In this document: piece after piece, positions 35,667 through 49,151 of the stretch
How the letters are laid out: every line of letters starts with the position of its first letter
Numbering within the stretch: position 1 is the stretch's first letter
Assembly (NCBI GenBank): GCA_964016885.1
Contig: OZ024743.1
Span: 89,590,001-89,654,000 of the forward strand
Direction: 5' to 3'
Length of the DNA: 64,000 nt
Origin: Eledone cirrhosa
Lineage: Eukaryota
The notes under the pieces: generated by a model
The model's database searches: none
What the model saw: the letters and a program-made list of their open reading frames with translations, nothing else
Told to the model about the DNA's origin: nothing
Translations under genes and position numbers: made by a program

Positions 35667-37027
35667 GGGTATGTGGTTAGAATGTCTCAGGAAAGATACT
35701 ATGGGTTTGTAGTTAGAATGTCTCAGGAAAGATACTATGGGTATGTGGTTAGAATGTCTCAGGAAAGATACTATGGGTATGTAGTTAGAATGTCTCAGGA
35801 AAGATACTATGGGTATGTAGTTAGAATGTCCCAGGAAAGATACTATGGGTATGTGGTTAGAATGTCCCAGGAAAGATACTATGAGTATGTAGTTAGAATG
35901 TCCCAGGAAAGATACTATGGGTATGTGGTTAGAATGTCCCAGGAAAGATACTATGGGTATGTAGTTAGAATGTCTCAGGAAAGATACTATGGGTATGTAG
36001 TTAGAATGTCTCAGGAAAGATACTATGAGTATGTAGTTAGAATGTCCCAGGAAAGATACTATGGGTATGTAGTTAGAATGTCTCAGGAAAGATACTATGG
36101 GTATGTAGTTAGAATGTCTCAGGAAAGATACTATGAGTATGTAGTTAGAATGTCCCAGGAAAGATACTATGGGTATGTAGTTAGAATGTCTCAGGAAAGA
36201 TACTATGGGTATGTAGTTAGAATGTCCCAGGAAAGATACTATGGGTATGTAGTTAGAATGTCTCAGGAAAGATACTATGGGTATGTAGTTAGAATGTCTC
36301 AGGAAAGATACTATGGGTATGTAGTTAGAATGTCTCAGGAAAGATACTATGAGTATGTAGTTAGAATGTCCCAGGAAAGATACTATGGGTATGTAGTTAG
36401 AATGTCTCAGGAAAGATACTATGGGTATGTAGTTAGAATGTCTCAGGAAAGATACTATGGGTATGTAGTTAGAATGTCTCAGGAAAGATACTATGGGTTT
36501 GTAGTTAGAATGTCTCAGGAAAGATACTATGGGTATGTAGTTAGAATGTCTCAGGAAAGATACTATGGGTATGTAGTTAGAATGTCCCAGGAAAGATACT
36601 ATGGGTATGTAGTTAGAATGTCTCAGGAAAGATACTATGGGTATGTAGTTAGAATGTCTCAGGAAAGATACTATGGGTATGTAGTTAGAATGTCTCAGGA
36701 AAGATACTATGGGTTTGTAGTTAGAATGTCTCAGGAAAGATACTATGGGTATGTAGTTAGAATGTCTCAGGAAAGATACTATGGGTATGTAGTTAGAATG
36801 TCTCAGGAAAGATACTATGGGTATGTAGTTAGAATGTCTCAGGAAAGATACTATGGGTATGTAGTTAGAATGTCTCAGGAAAGATACTATGGGTATGTAG
36901 TTAGAATGTCCCAGGAAAGATACTATGGGTATGTAGTTAGAATGTCTCAGGAAAGATACTATGGGTATGTGGTTAGAATGTCCCAGGAAAGATACTATGG
37001 GTATGTAGTTAGAATGTCTCAGGAAAG
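35667..37027. repeat. 36-bp minisatellite, ~38 copies
   Basis: Unit GGGTATGTAGTTAGAATGTC(T/C)CAGGAAAGATACTAT. Confidence 0.98.
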
Positions 37028-37435
37028 TATCGCTGGACAGATTTTATGGGCAAAAACCAATCAGCAGGAGACCCAGGAGTAGACCCATAGCAAGATAACA
37101 TCCACCACGAGCTTGGCTGATCTCGCGTGGGGATCTATCCAGATCAGTTGGAGACAGTTGCTTCTGACAGGACCCACTGAAAGGAGTGTTTGAGGACTCT
37201 TCTCCCACGACCCTCTCTGGAATAAGGGGAAGAAGCAGAAAATTCAACAATATACAATGGAAGGTCACACATTATAAGTGCAAAGTGTCTTTAACCATTG
37301 GAGTGTTGGGGCGCAGGTAACAGTGGCCCAACAAAATAATTAGACTCCTCACCCCACCTAGTCCCTATTATGTGTTTGGTTTCCGTTAATCACAGACGAT
37401 TCTTCTCTGACGTGCCGTCCAAATAAAAAAAAAAA

Positions 37436-37780
37436 ACAAGACTTGAAGGAAAAGTTCATAGGCTGACCAAGATACCCTCATGGAATGAGTAAATGAGGTT
37501 TATTTTTCAATATAGTCCCTGATATAAAGCAATGCAGTTATTGACAAGAAGAGACGAGATTAATACATGCAAGATTTCACAGCATGAGCATCACTCCTTC
37601 ATAAGCTGACCAAGATACCCTCATGGAATGACCAAATGAGGTTTATTTTTCAACATAATTCCCTAGAAAGAAACAATGCCGTTATTGATAAGAAGAGTCG
37701 AAATTGATGCATGCAAGATTTCACAGCTCTAGCATCACTCCTTCATCGCCAGCCTATGAACCTTTCAGTCTACTCTCGTA
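37436..37780. mobile_element. Mariner-like MITE with an internal ~143-bp tandem duplication
   Basis: GAAAAGTTCATAGGCTG / CAGCCTATGAACCTTTC...CTCGTA inverted ends; GCTGACCAAGATACCCTCATGGAATGA...AGCATCACTCCTTCAT occurs twice. Confidence 0.6.
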
Positions 37781-37849
37781 TCTAAGAAGTTCACAAACTG
37801 AGTATGTAGAAGTGTTGTTATTATAGACATGTTGATTGAATAGTTTACA

Positions 37850-39445
37850 TAACAACAATAGCTACAACAGCAGCAATGGTAATACCAATGTCAACATTGA
37901 CACTAACAACATCATCATCGTCAACAACAACAATTATAAAAATGGCATCAACATCAACAACAACAATGTCAAAACCACCACCACCACCACCACCACCACC
38001 ACCACTGCCACTAACAACAACGACAACAATGTCAAAACCACCACCACTACTACCACCACCGCCACCACCACCACCACCACCACCACCACCACCACCACCA
38101 CCGCCACCACCACTAACAACAACAACAACGACAACAATGTCAAAACCACCACCGCCACCACCACCACCACCACCACCACCACTAACAACAACAACAACGA
38201 CAACAATGTCAAAACCACCACCGCCACCACCACCACCACCACCACCACCACCACCACCACCACCACTAACAACAACAACGACAACAATGTCAAAACCACC
38301 ACCACTACCACCACCACCACCACCACCACCACCACTAACAACAACAACGACAACAATGTCAAAACCACCACCACTACCACCACCACCACCACCACTACCA
38401 CCACCACCACCACCACCACCACCACTAACAACAACAACGACAACAATGTCAAAACCACCCCCACCCCCAGACCCCACCCCACCCCCACCCCCACCATCAC
38501 CACCACCACCACCACTACCACCACCACCGCCACCACCACCACCGCCACCACCACCACCACCACCACCACCACTAACAACAACAACAACGACAACAATGTC
38601 AAAACCACCACCACCACCACTACCACTACCACCACCACCACCACCACCACTACCACTACCACCACCACCACCACCACCACTACCACTACCACCACCACCA
38701 CCACCACCACTACCACTACCACCACCACCACCACCACCACCACTACCACCACCACCACTACCACTACCACCACCACCACCACCACCACTACCACCACCAC
38801 CACCACCACCACCACCACCAACAACAACAACAGCAACAACAACTTAGTTATATAGCAACAGGAATATGTGCCGAACAAAAAACAATAGATGCACCTCCGC
38901 TCTACACAAACCTTACAACAACAACAACGAAATGCCACCCACAGCAACAACCCCCACCCACACCAATAACACTGTTGCCACCACCACCACCACCACCACT
39001 AACATCCCCCCCCCATCCCCATCATCACCATCATCAACCCCACCACCATCATCACCCCCACCAGCATCACCATCACCCCCACCACCACCATCATCACCCC
39101 ACCCCCACCACCATCATCACCCCTCCACCATCCCCATCATCACCCCCACCAGCATCACCATCACCCCCACCACCACCATCATCACCCCACCCCCACCACC
39201 ATCATCACCCCTCCACCATCCCCATCATCACCCCCCACCATCATCACCCCACCCCCACCACCATCATCACCCCTCCACCATCCCCATCATCACCACCACC
39301 ACTAACATCATCACCCCCCCCTACCAGCACCACCACCATCAGCCCCCATCACCACCACCACCACCACCACTAACATCATCACCCCCCACCACCACCATAC
39401 CAGCAGCAACAATAGTAATATCATCATCATCATCGTCATCGTCAA
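37850..39445. repeat. Compound (ACC)n/(AAC)n/(CAT)n repeat
   Basis: Recurrent ACTAAC(AAC)nGACAACAATGTCAAA(ACC)n units, then CCATCATCACCCC-type units. Confidence 0.9.
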
Positions 39446-39539
39446 CAGACGTGTCTACAAACATCGCTGGAACGGTTTAGATTTTTTGTTTTTCAAGTGT
39501 GAAGGTGAACTTTGTGTGTTTATATATTTACATAGGTTA

Positions 39540-40973
39540 GAGACACACACATACATATACATACACACACACACACATATACATACACACACACACACAT
39601 ATATATATATATAGAGAGAGAGAGACACACACATACATACACACACATACACACACATACACACACACATATATATATATATAGAGAGAGAGAGACATAC
39701 ACATACATATACATACACACACATACACACACATACACACCCACATATATATATATATAGAGAGAGAGACATACACATACATATACATACACACACATAC
39801 ACACACATACACACACACACATATATATATATATAGAGAGAGAGAGAGACATACACATACATACACACATACACACACATATATATATATACAGAGAGAG
39901 AGAGAGAGAGACATACACATACATATACATACACACACATACACACACATATATATATATATATACAGAGAGAGAGAGACATACAAACACATATATATAT
40001 ATACAGAGAGAGAGAGAGATACACGTACATATACATACACACACATACACACACATATATATATATATACAGAGAGAGAGAGACATACACACACATATAT
40101 ATATATACAGAGAGAGAGACATACACGTACATATACATACACACACATACACACACATATATATATATACAGAGAGAGAGACGTACACATACATATACAT
40201 ACACACACATACACACACATATATATATACACACACATATATATATACACACACATATATATATATACAGAGAGAGAAACATACACATACATATACATAC
40301 ACACATACACACACATACACATACACACACATATATATATACAGAGAGAGAGAGACATACACATACATATACATATACATACACACACATACACATACGT
40401 ATATACACACATATATATATATACACGAAACATACACATACGTATATACACACACATATATATATATACAGAGAAACATACACATACATATACATACACA
40501 CACACACACATATACACAGATATATATATACAGAGAGAGACAAACACACACATATACATACATATATATATATATATACACACATACATATACACACATA
40601 CACACACATACACACACACATACATATATATATAGAGAGGGGAGAGAGACAAACATATACATACATACATATACACACACATACACACACACATACATAT
40701 ACACACACACATACATATGTACACACACATACATATACACACACACACATACATATACACACACATACATATATACAGACACATACATATACACACACAT
40801 ATACACATACATACGCACACATATATATATATATATATGTGCGTGTGTGTGCGTATGTGTGACAGTGTGTGTATGTGTGACAGTGTGTGTATGTGTGTTT
40901 ATGTGTATATATATATATGTGAGTGTGTGTGAGTATGTGAGTATGTGTGTATGTGTGCGTGGATGTGTGTGTG

Positions 40974-41025
<52 letters not shown>

Positions 41026-41512
41026 AGTGTGTGTGAGTATGTGAGTATGTGTGTATGTGTGCGACGATGTGTGTGTATGTGTATATATATATATGTGAGT
41101 GTGTGAGATTATGTATGTGTTTGAGTATGTATGTTTTTGAGTATGTATGTGTTTGTGTATGTATGTGTTTGAGTATGTATGTGTTTGAGTATGTATGTGT
41201 TTGAGTATGTATGTTTTTGAGTATGTATGTGTTCGTGTATGTATGTGTTTGAGTATGTATGTGTTTGAGTATGTATGTGTTTGAGTATGTATGTTTTTGA
41301 GTATGTATGTGTTTGAGTATGTATGTGTTTGAGTATGTATGTGTTTGAGTATGTATGTTTTTGAGTATGTATGTGTTTGAGTATGTATGTTTTTGAGTAT
41401 GTATGTGTTTGAGTATGTATGTTTTTGAGTATGTATGTGTTTGAGTATGTATGTATGTGTTTGAGTATGTATGTGTGTATGTGTATATGTGTATACGTGT
41501 ATATGTGTGTAT
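39540..41512. repeat. Compound CA/TA/GA microsatellite block and a 16-bp GAGTATGTATGTGTTT array (~41110-41475)
   Basis: Direct inspection. Confidence 0.9.
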
Positions 41513-41832
41513 GTGAACAAATGAAGGGTAAAACAACAAACGAAGTGGATTACAAGAGTTGTTTAGTTTGTTATAAGACATGGTGTATCAGATTGTATTA
41601 CATCTAACACAGGATTCGAACCTACATTCTATTACTTTATATTACTTTATATTCACGATACCATTCACATATTCAGCAAGGTTTTCCACTACGTTTCAGA
41701 GCTCAATATACAGGTATGTTTGTAGAGATACTAATTAAAGTATCGATCTCATCGATCACGGAGAAATATATTGATGGGAATATTTTGGTGAGGCATGCAA
41801 CTTCAGAATGACGGTATATAAACAAAACTGGT

Positions 41833-42102
41833 TCTCCGTCGGTTACGACGACGACGAGTGTTCCCGTTGATCAGATCAGCCGAACAGCCTGCTCGTGAAA
41901 TTAACGTGCAAGTGTCTGAGCGTTCCACAGACACGGGTACTCTTAACGTTGTTCTCAGGGAGATTCAGTGTGACACAGAATGTGACAAGGCTGGTCCTTC
42001 GAATTACAGGTACAACTCAATTTTTTGCCAGCTGAGTGAACTGGAGCAACGTGAAATAAAGTGTCTTGCTCAAGGACACAACGCGCCACCGGGAATGGAA
42101 CT
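41833..42102 (-). mobile_element. Family B SINE, 5' truncated
   Basis: Colinear with 19315-19580 (GCTCGTGAAATTAACGTGCAAGTG...AATTACAGGTACAACTCA...GCTCAAGGACACAACGCGCCACCGGGA). Confidence 0.85.
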
Positions 42103-42274
42103 GAAAGGATGGAGGGTGAGGTGGAGGGGAAGGAAGAGGAAGATGAAGAGAAAGAGGAGGAGGAGGTGGTTGTGGTGTTTAGTTTAATGAAGATCTGGGA
42201 AAGAATGAAATACAATAGGAAATTTGAAATTGTGATAGTCCCAAACGCAGAAAATAACTGTAATAACGATTTCC

Positions 42275-42455
42275 TATTTAGGTAGAAGGCAAGTCATTTT
42301 GTGGGAGGAGGAAATCGATTATTTGCCTGGTACTTCATTTTATCGATCTCGGAAGGTTGATTGGCAAAGTTAATCTCAGCAGGATTTGAACTCAGAGAGT
42401 AAAGAACCGTCACTAAATACCGTAAAGAATTATGTCCGATGCCCTAACGATTCTC
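42275..42455 (-). mobile_element. Family A SINE, diverged
   Basis: CTGGTACTTCATTTTATCGA...GGCAAAGTTAA...GGATTTGAACTCAGA. Confidence 0.7.
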
Positions 42456-42639
42456 TCAATCCATTACCCCAACCCCGTGATAACTGTTGATCACTATATA
42501 TAATTGTTGGGAAAAATTGGGCAAATTCCACCTAGAGACTGAAAAACGTAGATAGAGGCACCAACGAGAAATCGAACCCCCGCATCTCTCAATTATCGAG
42601 CGACAAATATTGTGAACCATTGCACTAGCTGACAAACCA

Positions 42640-42785
42640 TTGATGGCGAGGCTAAGACGCTGAAACAACCAGGCACCTCACGGGAATCGCCTGACACTTC
42701 AGTAAGGCAAGCCGCCAGCGATGACAAGAACTTCGCTGTCAGCGGCCCAACTGCACCAAAGTCTCGAAGGCCACAGGCTGGAAAA
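42640..42785 (-). pseudogene. CRE-like (restriction-like endonuclease) LINE C-terminal fragment
   Basis: Minus strand FQPVAFET / GAVGPLTAKFLSSLAACLTEVSGDSRE / AWLFQRLSLAI with two frameshifts. Confidence 0.7.
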
Positions 42786-42936
42786 AAAAGTAATTAAGAA
42801 AAAAAGAATGAGCCCATCGATGGAGATTGTATTATAGCAATGGTGTTGCACGTGGAACCTTATAATACACAGAAGTATACAATTTAAGCGGAAGAAAAAG
42901 ACATGTAATCTAATAAGAAGAAACGACGAGAAAAAC

Positions 42937-43185
42937 TGGCCATTTTTCGCAGGAATGCTTTTGCGATCTTGTCCGCGAGGCGCAGCCCCATTACCACCGC
43001 GCCCTATGCCCAGAGCCCTATCACCCTCATCCTCCCCATTCTTCTGTGACACTAGAGTCCTTGCCAATCCCTCCATTGTTTCCTTTATATTTTCCTATTC
43101 TATATTCCATTCTTTCTTCTCAATCTAAATTTTCTATTTTTTTCTTTTTCTATTCTAACTGTATTTACACGATATATTCAATAAA
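42937..43185 (+). mobile_element. CRE-like LINE 3' end
   Basis: AIFRRNAFAILSAR, T-rich 3'UTR, AATAAA at 43180; similar to 55780-56055. Confidence 0.55.
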
Positions 43186-43532
43186 TAGAAAATACCTAAT
43201 AGAAAGTTGATAGGAAAAGCGAGAAAAGAATCATTGAAATAATTATTCTACGGAATGTCCTGACTTATAAAGTGTTTCTATGTTGGTCAGCTAAAATCTT
43301 TCCCCGTAGAATTACATGGAATTAGTTTGATGTTAGTGTAGCCTTCATCTAATATCAATTGTTTTGTTGAACCAACACAAAAGACTAATGTGTAATGTTG
43401 AACAACAACTGTAGCAATATTTGTGTTTATAATTAACTAATTACATATATAAATAGTTAACTACATATGTAATTGGAAGTCATAAATTATAGTAATAAAT
43501 TCTCTTTTCAAACGATGACACGGCAAGGGATG

Positions 43533-44720
43533 TTCTCTCGGGTCCCAAATAATAGGAAGGTTGCAATAAGCGGGGGTGAGTGGACATTTGTTTACATTTT
43601 TATAAGCGAGGGTGGTGGAATAAACGGTGGGCGTGAAATACGTGAGGAGTTGGAAAGTTGTTTAAATTTTTATAAGCGGGTGTGTGGGATAAACGGTGGG
43701 GGTGGAATACGTGAGGAGTTGGAAAGTTGTTTAAATTTTTATAAGCGGGTGTGTGGGATAAACGGTGGGGGTGGAATACGTGAGGAGTTGGACAGTTGTT
43801 TAAATTTTTATAAGCGGGTGTGTGGGATAAACGGTGGGGGTGGAATACGTGAGGAGTTGGACAGTTGTTTAAATTTTTATAAGCGGGTGTGTGGGATAAA
43901 CGGTGGGGGTGGAATACGTGAGGAGTTGGACAGTTGTTTAAATTTTTATAAGCGGGTGTGTGGGATAAACGGTGGGGGTGGAATACGTGAGGAGTTGGAC
44001 AGTTGTTTAAATTTTTATAAGCGGGTGTGTGGGATAAACGGTGGGGGTGGAATACGTGAGGAGTTGGACAGTTGTTTAAATTTTTATAAGCGGGTGTGTG
44101 GGATAAACGGTGGGGGTGGAATACGTGAGGAGTTGGACAGTTGTTTAAATTTTTATAAGCGGGTGTGTGGGATAAACGGTGGGGGTGGAATACGTGAGGA
44201 GTTGGACAGTTGTTTAAATTTTTATAAGCGGGTGTGTGGGATAAACGGTGGGGGTGGAATACGTGAGGAGTTGGACAGTTGTTTAAATTTTTATAAGCGG
44301 GTGTGTGGGATAAACGGTGGGGGTGGAATACGTGAGGAGTTGGACAGTTGTTTAAATTTTTATAAGCGAGTGTGTGGGATAAACGGGGGATCGGTAATTG
44401 TAGTGTGTACATTCATAAATATGGGGTTTCTTGTAATGTTCTTTTTTTGTCATAACTTTGATAGGTTTCGGCCAGTATTGGCCCAGGCCATGTCTAACTT
44501 AATAGCACCACCTGGTGATATATAATATGTTTGTAATGTAAAATAAAATTATTAGATTCTCCAGCTTCTGTATCAATAAGAATCACTTACAATAAAATTT
44601 CACAGGAAATAGATTAGCAAAATGTAATAAGTGAGGGGGTGAAATAAAAGCAGGGGTGATGGAAAAATCTGAAAATTTAGTGGGAGGGGGGGGGGGGCAA
44701 TTATTCAAGACCTGAGAGTA
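43533..44720. mobile_element. Non-autonomous TIR element containing a 69-bp array
   Basis: TTCTCTCGGGTCCCAAATAAT (43533-43553) versus the reverse complement of 44700-44720, TACTCTCAGGTCTTGAATAAT; internal AATAAGCGGGGGT-type motifs. Confidence 0.55.
43579..44386. repeat. 69-bp minisatellite, ~11.5 copies
   Basis: Unit GTTGGACAGTTGTTTAAATTTTTATAAGCGGGTGTGTGGGATAAACGGTGGGGGTGGAATACGTGAGGA. Confidence 0.95.
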
Positions 44721-44844
44721 ATTGGAAGAAAGAATTATAGTCATGAATTCTGTTTTCAAACGATGACACAAGTGATGTTTATAGTAACAGAAAATTAAAA
44801 TCTATGAAACAACAACAGCAACAATAACAACAAAGATGGTTTTT

Positions 44845-45056
44845 GATTTAGCTCAAAGTCAACAATTTTGTTGGAGAGAAAAGTCAATTAAATCTACCCC
44901 AATGTGTTACTGGTACTTTATTTTATCGACCCTGTAAGGATGAAAGGCAAAGCTAACCTCGGCAGGATTTGAACTCAGAACGCAAAGGGCCGTAACTCTA
45001 TGCTGCGAAACTTGGTGTCTGACGCTCTGCCAATACTGCCAATCCACCGCCCTTAT

Positions 45057-45089
<33 letters not shown>

Positions 45090-45402
45090 TGTTTCTACTT
45101 TTGGCACAAGGCCAGCAATTATCCCAGTGCATTACTGGTACTTTATTTTATCAACCCCGTAAGGATGAAAGGCAAAGTTAACCTCGGTGGGATTTGAACT
45201 CAGACCGTAAAGGGGCGTACCTCTATGCTGCAAAGCATGGAGTCCAACCCTCTACCGATACTGCCAATAATAATAATGATTTTTTATTTAGGCACAAGGC
45301 CACCAATTTTGGGGGCAGAGGAAATCAATTCAATCGAGCCTAACTTCGTTATTGGTGCCCTAGCATATTGTCCGACGCTCTACCGATACTGCCAATCCAC
45401 CG
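44845..45402 (-). mobile_element. Cluster of tandem family A SINEs joined by (TAA)n
   Basis: Two near-complete copies (~44850-45052, ~45088-45268) and an internally deleted third. Confidence 0.8.
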
Positions 45403-45579
45403 ATATTGATGATGATGATGATGTCAGCGAACGCCATTGTGACAGGAATGTTGTAAAGATGCTTCTAATTATCGACCAAACGTCTCTCACAGGCGGCTAT
45501 TATGAGCGAGATGGGAAAAGAGAGAAAGACTAGCAGTCTTTTACTTTGCTATTAACTTTCAAGCCACTAAAAATAGATT

Positions 45580-45639
<60 letters not shown>

Positions 45640-45661
45640 AGACACACACAGACACACACAG

Positions 45662-45718
<57 letters not shown>

Positions 45719-46202
45719 CAAACATACACACAAACACATACAAAAATACACACATATATACAAACAAACACATACGTACACTTACATCGATATACATACA
45801 CGCATACACAAACACACACATATATACATACACACACATACACACACACATACAAACACATACACACACACACACACATATATACATACACACACACACA
45901 TACCTACATACACATACAAAAATATATATACATACATACACCCACATACATACACACACATACACACAGACATACACACATCTCTATGGGCCAGAAGATT
46001 ACATATCACAGACAGAAGATATAAAGATTCCTGGCTATTAATTACACACTTCTTCATCTTCTTTTTTTCGCTTCTATTTCCTCCTCCTATTCTTCTCCTC
46101 TCCCTACCACCCTCTCATACAACCTTCTTTATAAATACTACGAGGACAAGACGTGTCATTAAAAGTCAATATGCTTCAACTATTTGCCGCGAGCGCAGGA
46201 TG

Positions 46203-46233
<31 letters not shown>

Positions 46234-46356
46234 ATGTGCATGTGTGTGAATATGTGTGTGTGTATATATATATATAATATATATACATAAATATGTGTAT
46301 ATATATATATATTATATATATTATATATATATTATATATATATTATATATACATAA

Positions 46357-46426
<70 letters not shown>

Positions 46427-46475
46427 ATATATATATTATATATACATAAATATGTATGTATTTATATATAAATAA

Positions 46476-46509
<34 letters not shown>

Positions 46510-46583
46510 CATAAACATGTATGTATTTATATATAAATAAATAAATAAATATATATATATATATATAGATATATATATACACA

Positions 46584-46648
<65 letters not shown>

Positions 46649-46871
46649 AATATGTATATATATAGAGAGAGGGGGGGGGGGGATGTGAAAGGATGAGAGA
46701 CAGAGAGGGTAAGTGACTGACAAGCCAAGAAGGCGAGGAAGAGATTTCAGACCTCATTCGTAGCCACATTCTACCAATACTTGGTGAAGAGATGTCAACA
46801 TCAGATTCACGTGTTTCTTCTAAAGTTTAACGGTCAACAGATTATAGTGAATGATAACAAAATACCAATAT

Positions 46872-47278
46872 AATTGTTTCTACTTTAGGCACAAGGCCAC
46901 CAATTACTCAGTGCATTACTGGTACTTTATTTTATCGACCCCGTAAGAATGAAAGGCAAAGTCAACCTCGGCGGGATTTGAACTCAGATCGTAAAGGAAC
47001 GTAACTATGCTGGAAAGCATGGCGTCCGACCCTCTACCGATACTGCCAATCCACCAATATAATGTTGTTCTCTGGTTTAGGCAAAAGGCCAGCAATTTGG
47101 GGGAAGGGGAAATGTGATTAAATCGACCCCAGTACATTACTGGTACTTTATTTCATCGGCCCACATAAGGATGGCAGGCAAAAGTAACCTTGACGAGTTT
47201 TGAACTCAGATCGTAAATGGCCGTAGCTCTATGCCATAGAACATGTTGTCCGACGCTCCACTGATCCTGCCAATCCAA
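46872..47278 (-). mobile_element. Two tandem family A SINEs
   Basis: CATTACTGGTACTTTATTT...TTTGAACTCAGATCGTAAA...CTGCCAATCCA occurs twice. Confidence 0.8.
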
Positions 47279-47479
47279 CATAATAGTAATATTTGATTTC
47301 TTTTGGGGAATATTTAAATGTGAGAATCAGTTCTGATTCTTGGTAAGAATTATATCGTTGTTTCTTTACTGGAAATATTGTTGCTGGATGAAGTAGGATC
47401 GGGCTTGGCTGACGGTGTACGATAGTGTGGTGCTGTTTGCTACACTATCACTACCTAAATGGTATGGTGTATTACCATA

Positions 47480-48710
47480 GTGATGTATAGAGACAATATA
47501 CTATCTAAATGTTATAGTACAGCAGCATAGAGACGATATACTATCTAAATGTTATAGTACAGCAGTATAGTGGTACTACAGTGTATAAATAGTATAGTAT
47601 AGTGGTATAGAGACATTGCACTATCTAAATGTTATAGTACAGCGGTATAGTGATTCTACACTATATAAATAGTATAGTATAGTGGTATAGAGACATTGCA
47701 CTATCTAAATGTTATAGTACAGCGGTATAGTGGTTGTACAGTATATAAATAGTATAGTATAGTGGTATAGAGACATTGCACTATCTAAATGTTATAGCAC
47801 AGTGCTATAGTGACGTCACACGATCTAAATGTTATAGAACAGTGGTATAGTGACGCTACACTATCTAAATAGTACTATAGAGATGTTATACTGCATATAT
47901 GTTATTATAGTACAGTGGTATAGTGACGCTACTCTATTTAAATGGTACTATAGAGATGCTGTAGCACCTATATGTTATTATAGTACAGTGGTATAGTGAC
48001 GCTACTCTATTTAAATGGTACTATAGAGATGCTGTACCACCTATATGTTATTATAGTACAGTGGTATTGTGACGCTACTCTATTTAAATGGTACTATAGA
48101 GATGCTGTACCACCTATATGTTATTATAGTACAGTGGTATAGTGACGCTACTCTATTTAAATGGTACTATAGAGATGCTGTACCACCTATATGTTATTAT
48201 AGTACAGTGGTATTGTGACGCTACTCTATTTAAATGGTACTATAGAGATGCTGTACCACCTATATGTTATTATAGTACAGTGGTATAGTGACGCTACTCT
48301 ATTTAAATGGTACTATAGAGATGCTGTACCACCTATATGTTATTATAGTACAGTGGTATAGTGACGCTACTCTATTTAAATGGTACTATAGAGATGCTGT
48401 ACCACCTATATGTTATTATAGTACAGTGGTATAGTGACGCTACTCTATTTAAATGGTACTATAGAGATGCTGTACCACCTATATGTTATTATAGTACAGT
48501 GGTATAGTGACGCTACTCTATTTAAATGGGACTATAGAGATGCTATACTATATATATGTTATAGTACAGTGGTATAGTGACGCTACGCTATTTAAATGGT
48601 ACTATAGAGATGCTGTACCACCTATATATATGTTATAGTACAGTGGTATTGTGACGCTACTCTATTTAAATGGTATTGCATTGGTATAGTGCCACTACAC
48701 TATCTAAAAT
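47480..48710. repeat. Minisatellite with 40-, 80- and 73-bp periods
   Basis: AGACATTGCA at 47611/47691/47771 (80 bp); TTATTATAGTACAGTGG at 48121/48194 (73 bp, ~10 copies). Confidence 0.9.
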
Positions 48711-49060
48711 ATGTAGAAACCAATATGAACACTTTTTTTTACCACCCACGCATTTAGGAAGCAGATCCAACCAAACCCAGACTGAATACGAGACAGACTT
48801 TCTGTTTAGATAAACACATGATACCCACCCCGCCTCTCTCGTTCCCCCTCTCTCTCACTATGTCAGTCAGTTGCTCGCTCTCTCACACTATCTCTATCTA
48901 TCTAAGTCAGTCTGTCGCTCTCCCATTCTAACACATACCCTCTTTCTCTCACAGTATATATCTGTTTGTCACTTTCGTTCTAATATATATATATATATTT
49001 ATAGGTAGGTTTATCACTCCTCTTCTCTCTCTCTCTCCCTCTCTTTCTCCCCCCTCTCTT

Positions 49061-49151
<91 letters not shown>

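Larger units (their letters stand above)
33004..37232 (+). mobile_element. Decayed 3' part of an RTE-clade (Rex3/Expander-like) LINE interrupted by two arrays
   Basis: Translates RQEAKLNTRIEGAGAVIHQLQHT / KEVGVESKLAVFNSVYVPTLTYSHESWVTTERIQLRIQASEMG / FLRRI*GITLLDRVRSSE / GYVVRMSQESIAGQILWAK / RRPRSRP / QLETVASDRTH*KECLRTLLPRP, matching the post-RT region of RTE elements. Confidence 0.85.

Noticed and set aside
35673-37082. 469-aa Tyr/Met-rich repeat protein (superficially reflectin-like composition)
   Set aside because: The unit is RTE sequence (GYVVRMSQER), lacks the reflectin M/FD-x5-MD motif and is flanked by a decayed LINE
39455-41581. 708-aa and 666-aa ORFs, and other YI/CV/HT-rich ORFs across the window
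   Set aside because: Translations of dinucleotide microsatellites
43473-44525. 350-aa repeat ORF
   Set aside because: Translation of the 69-bp array with no domain signal
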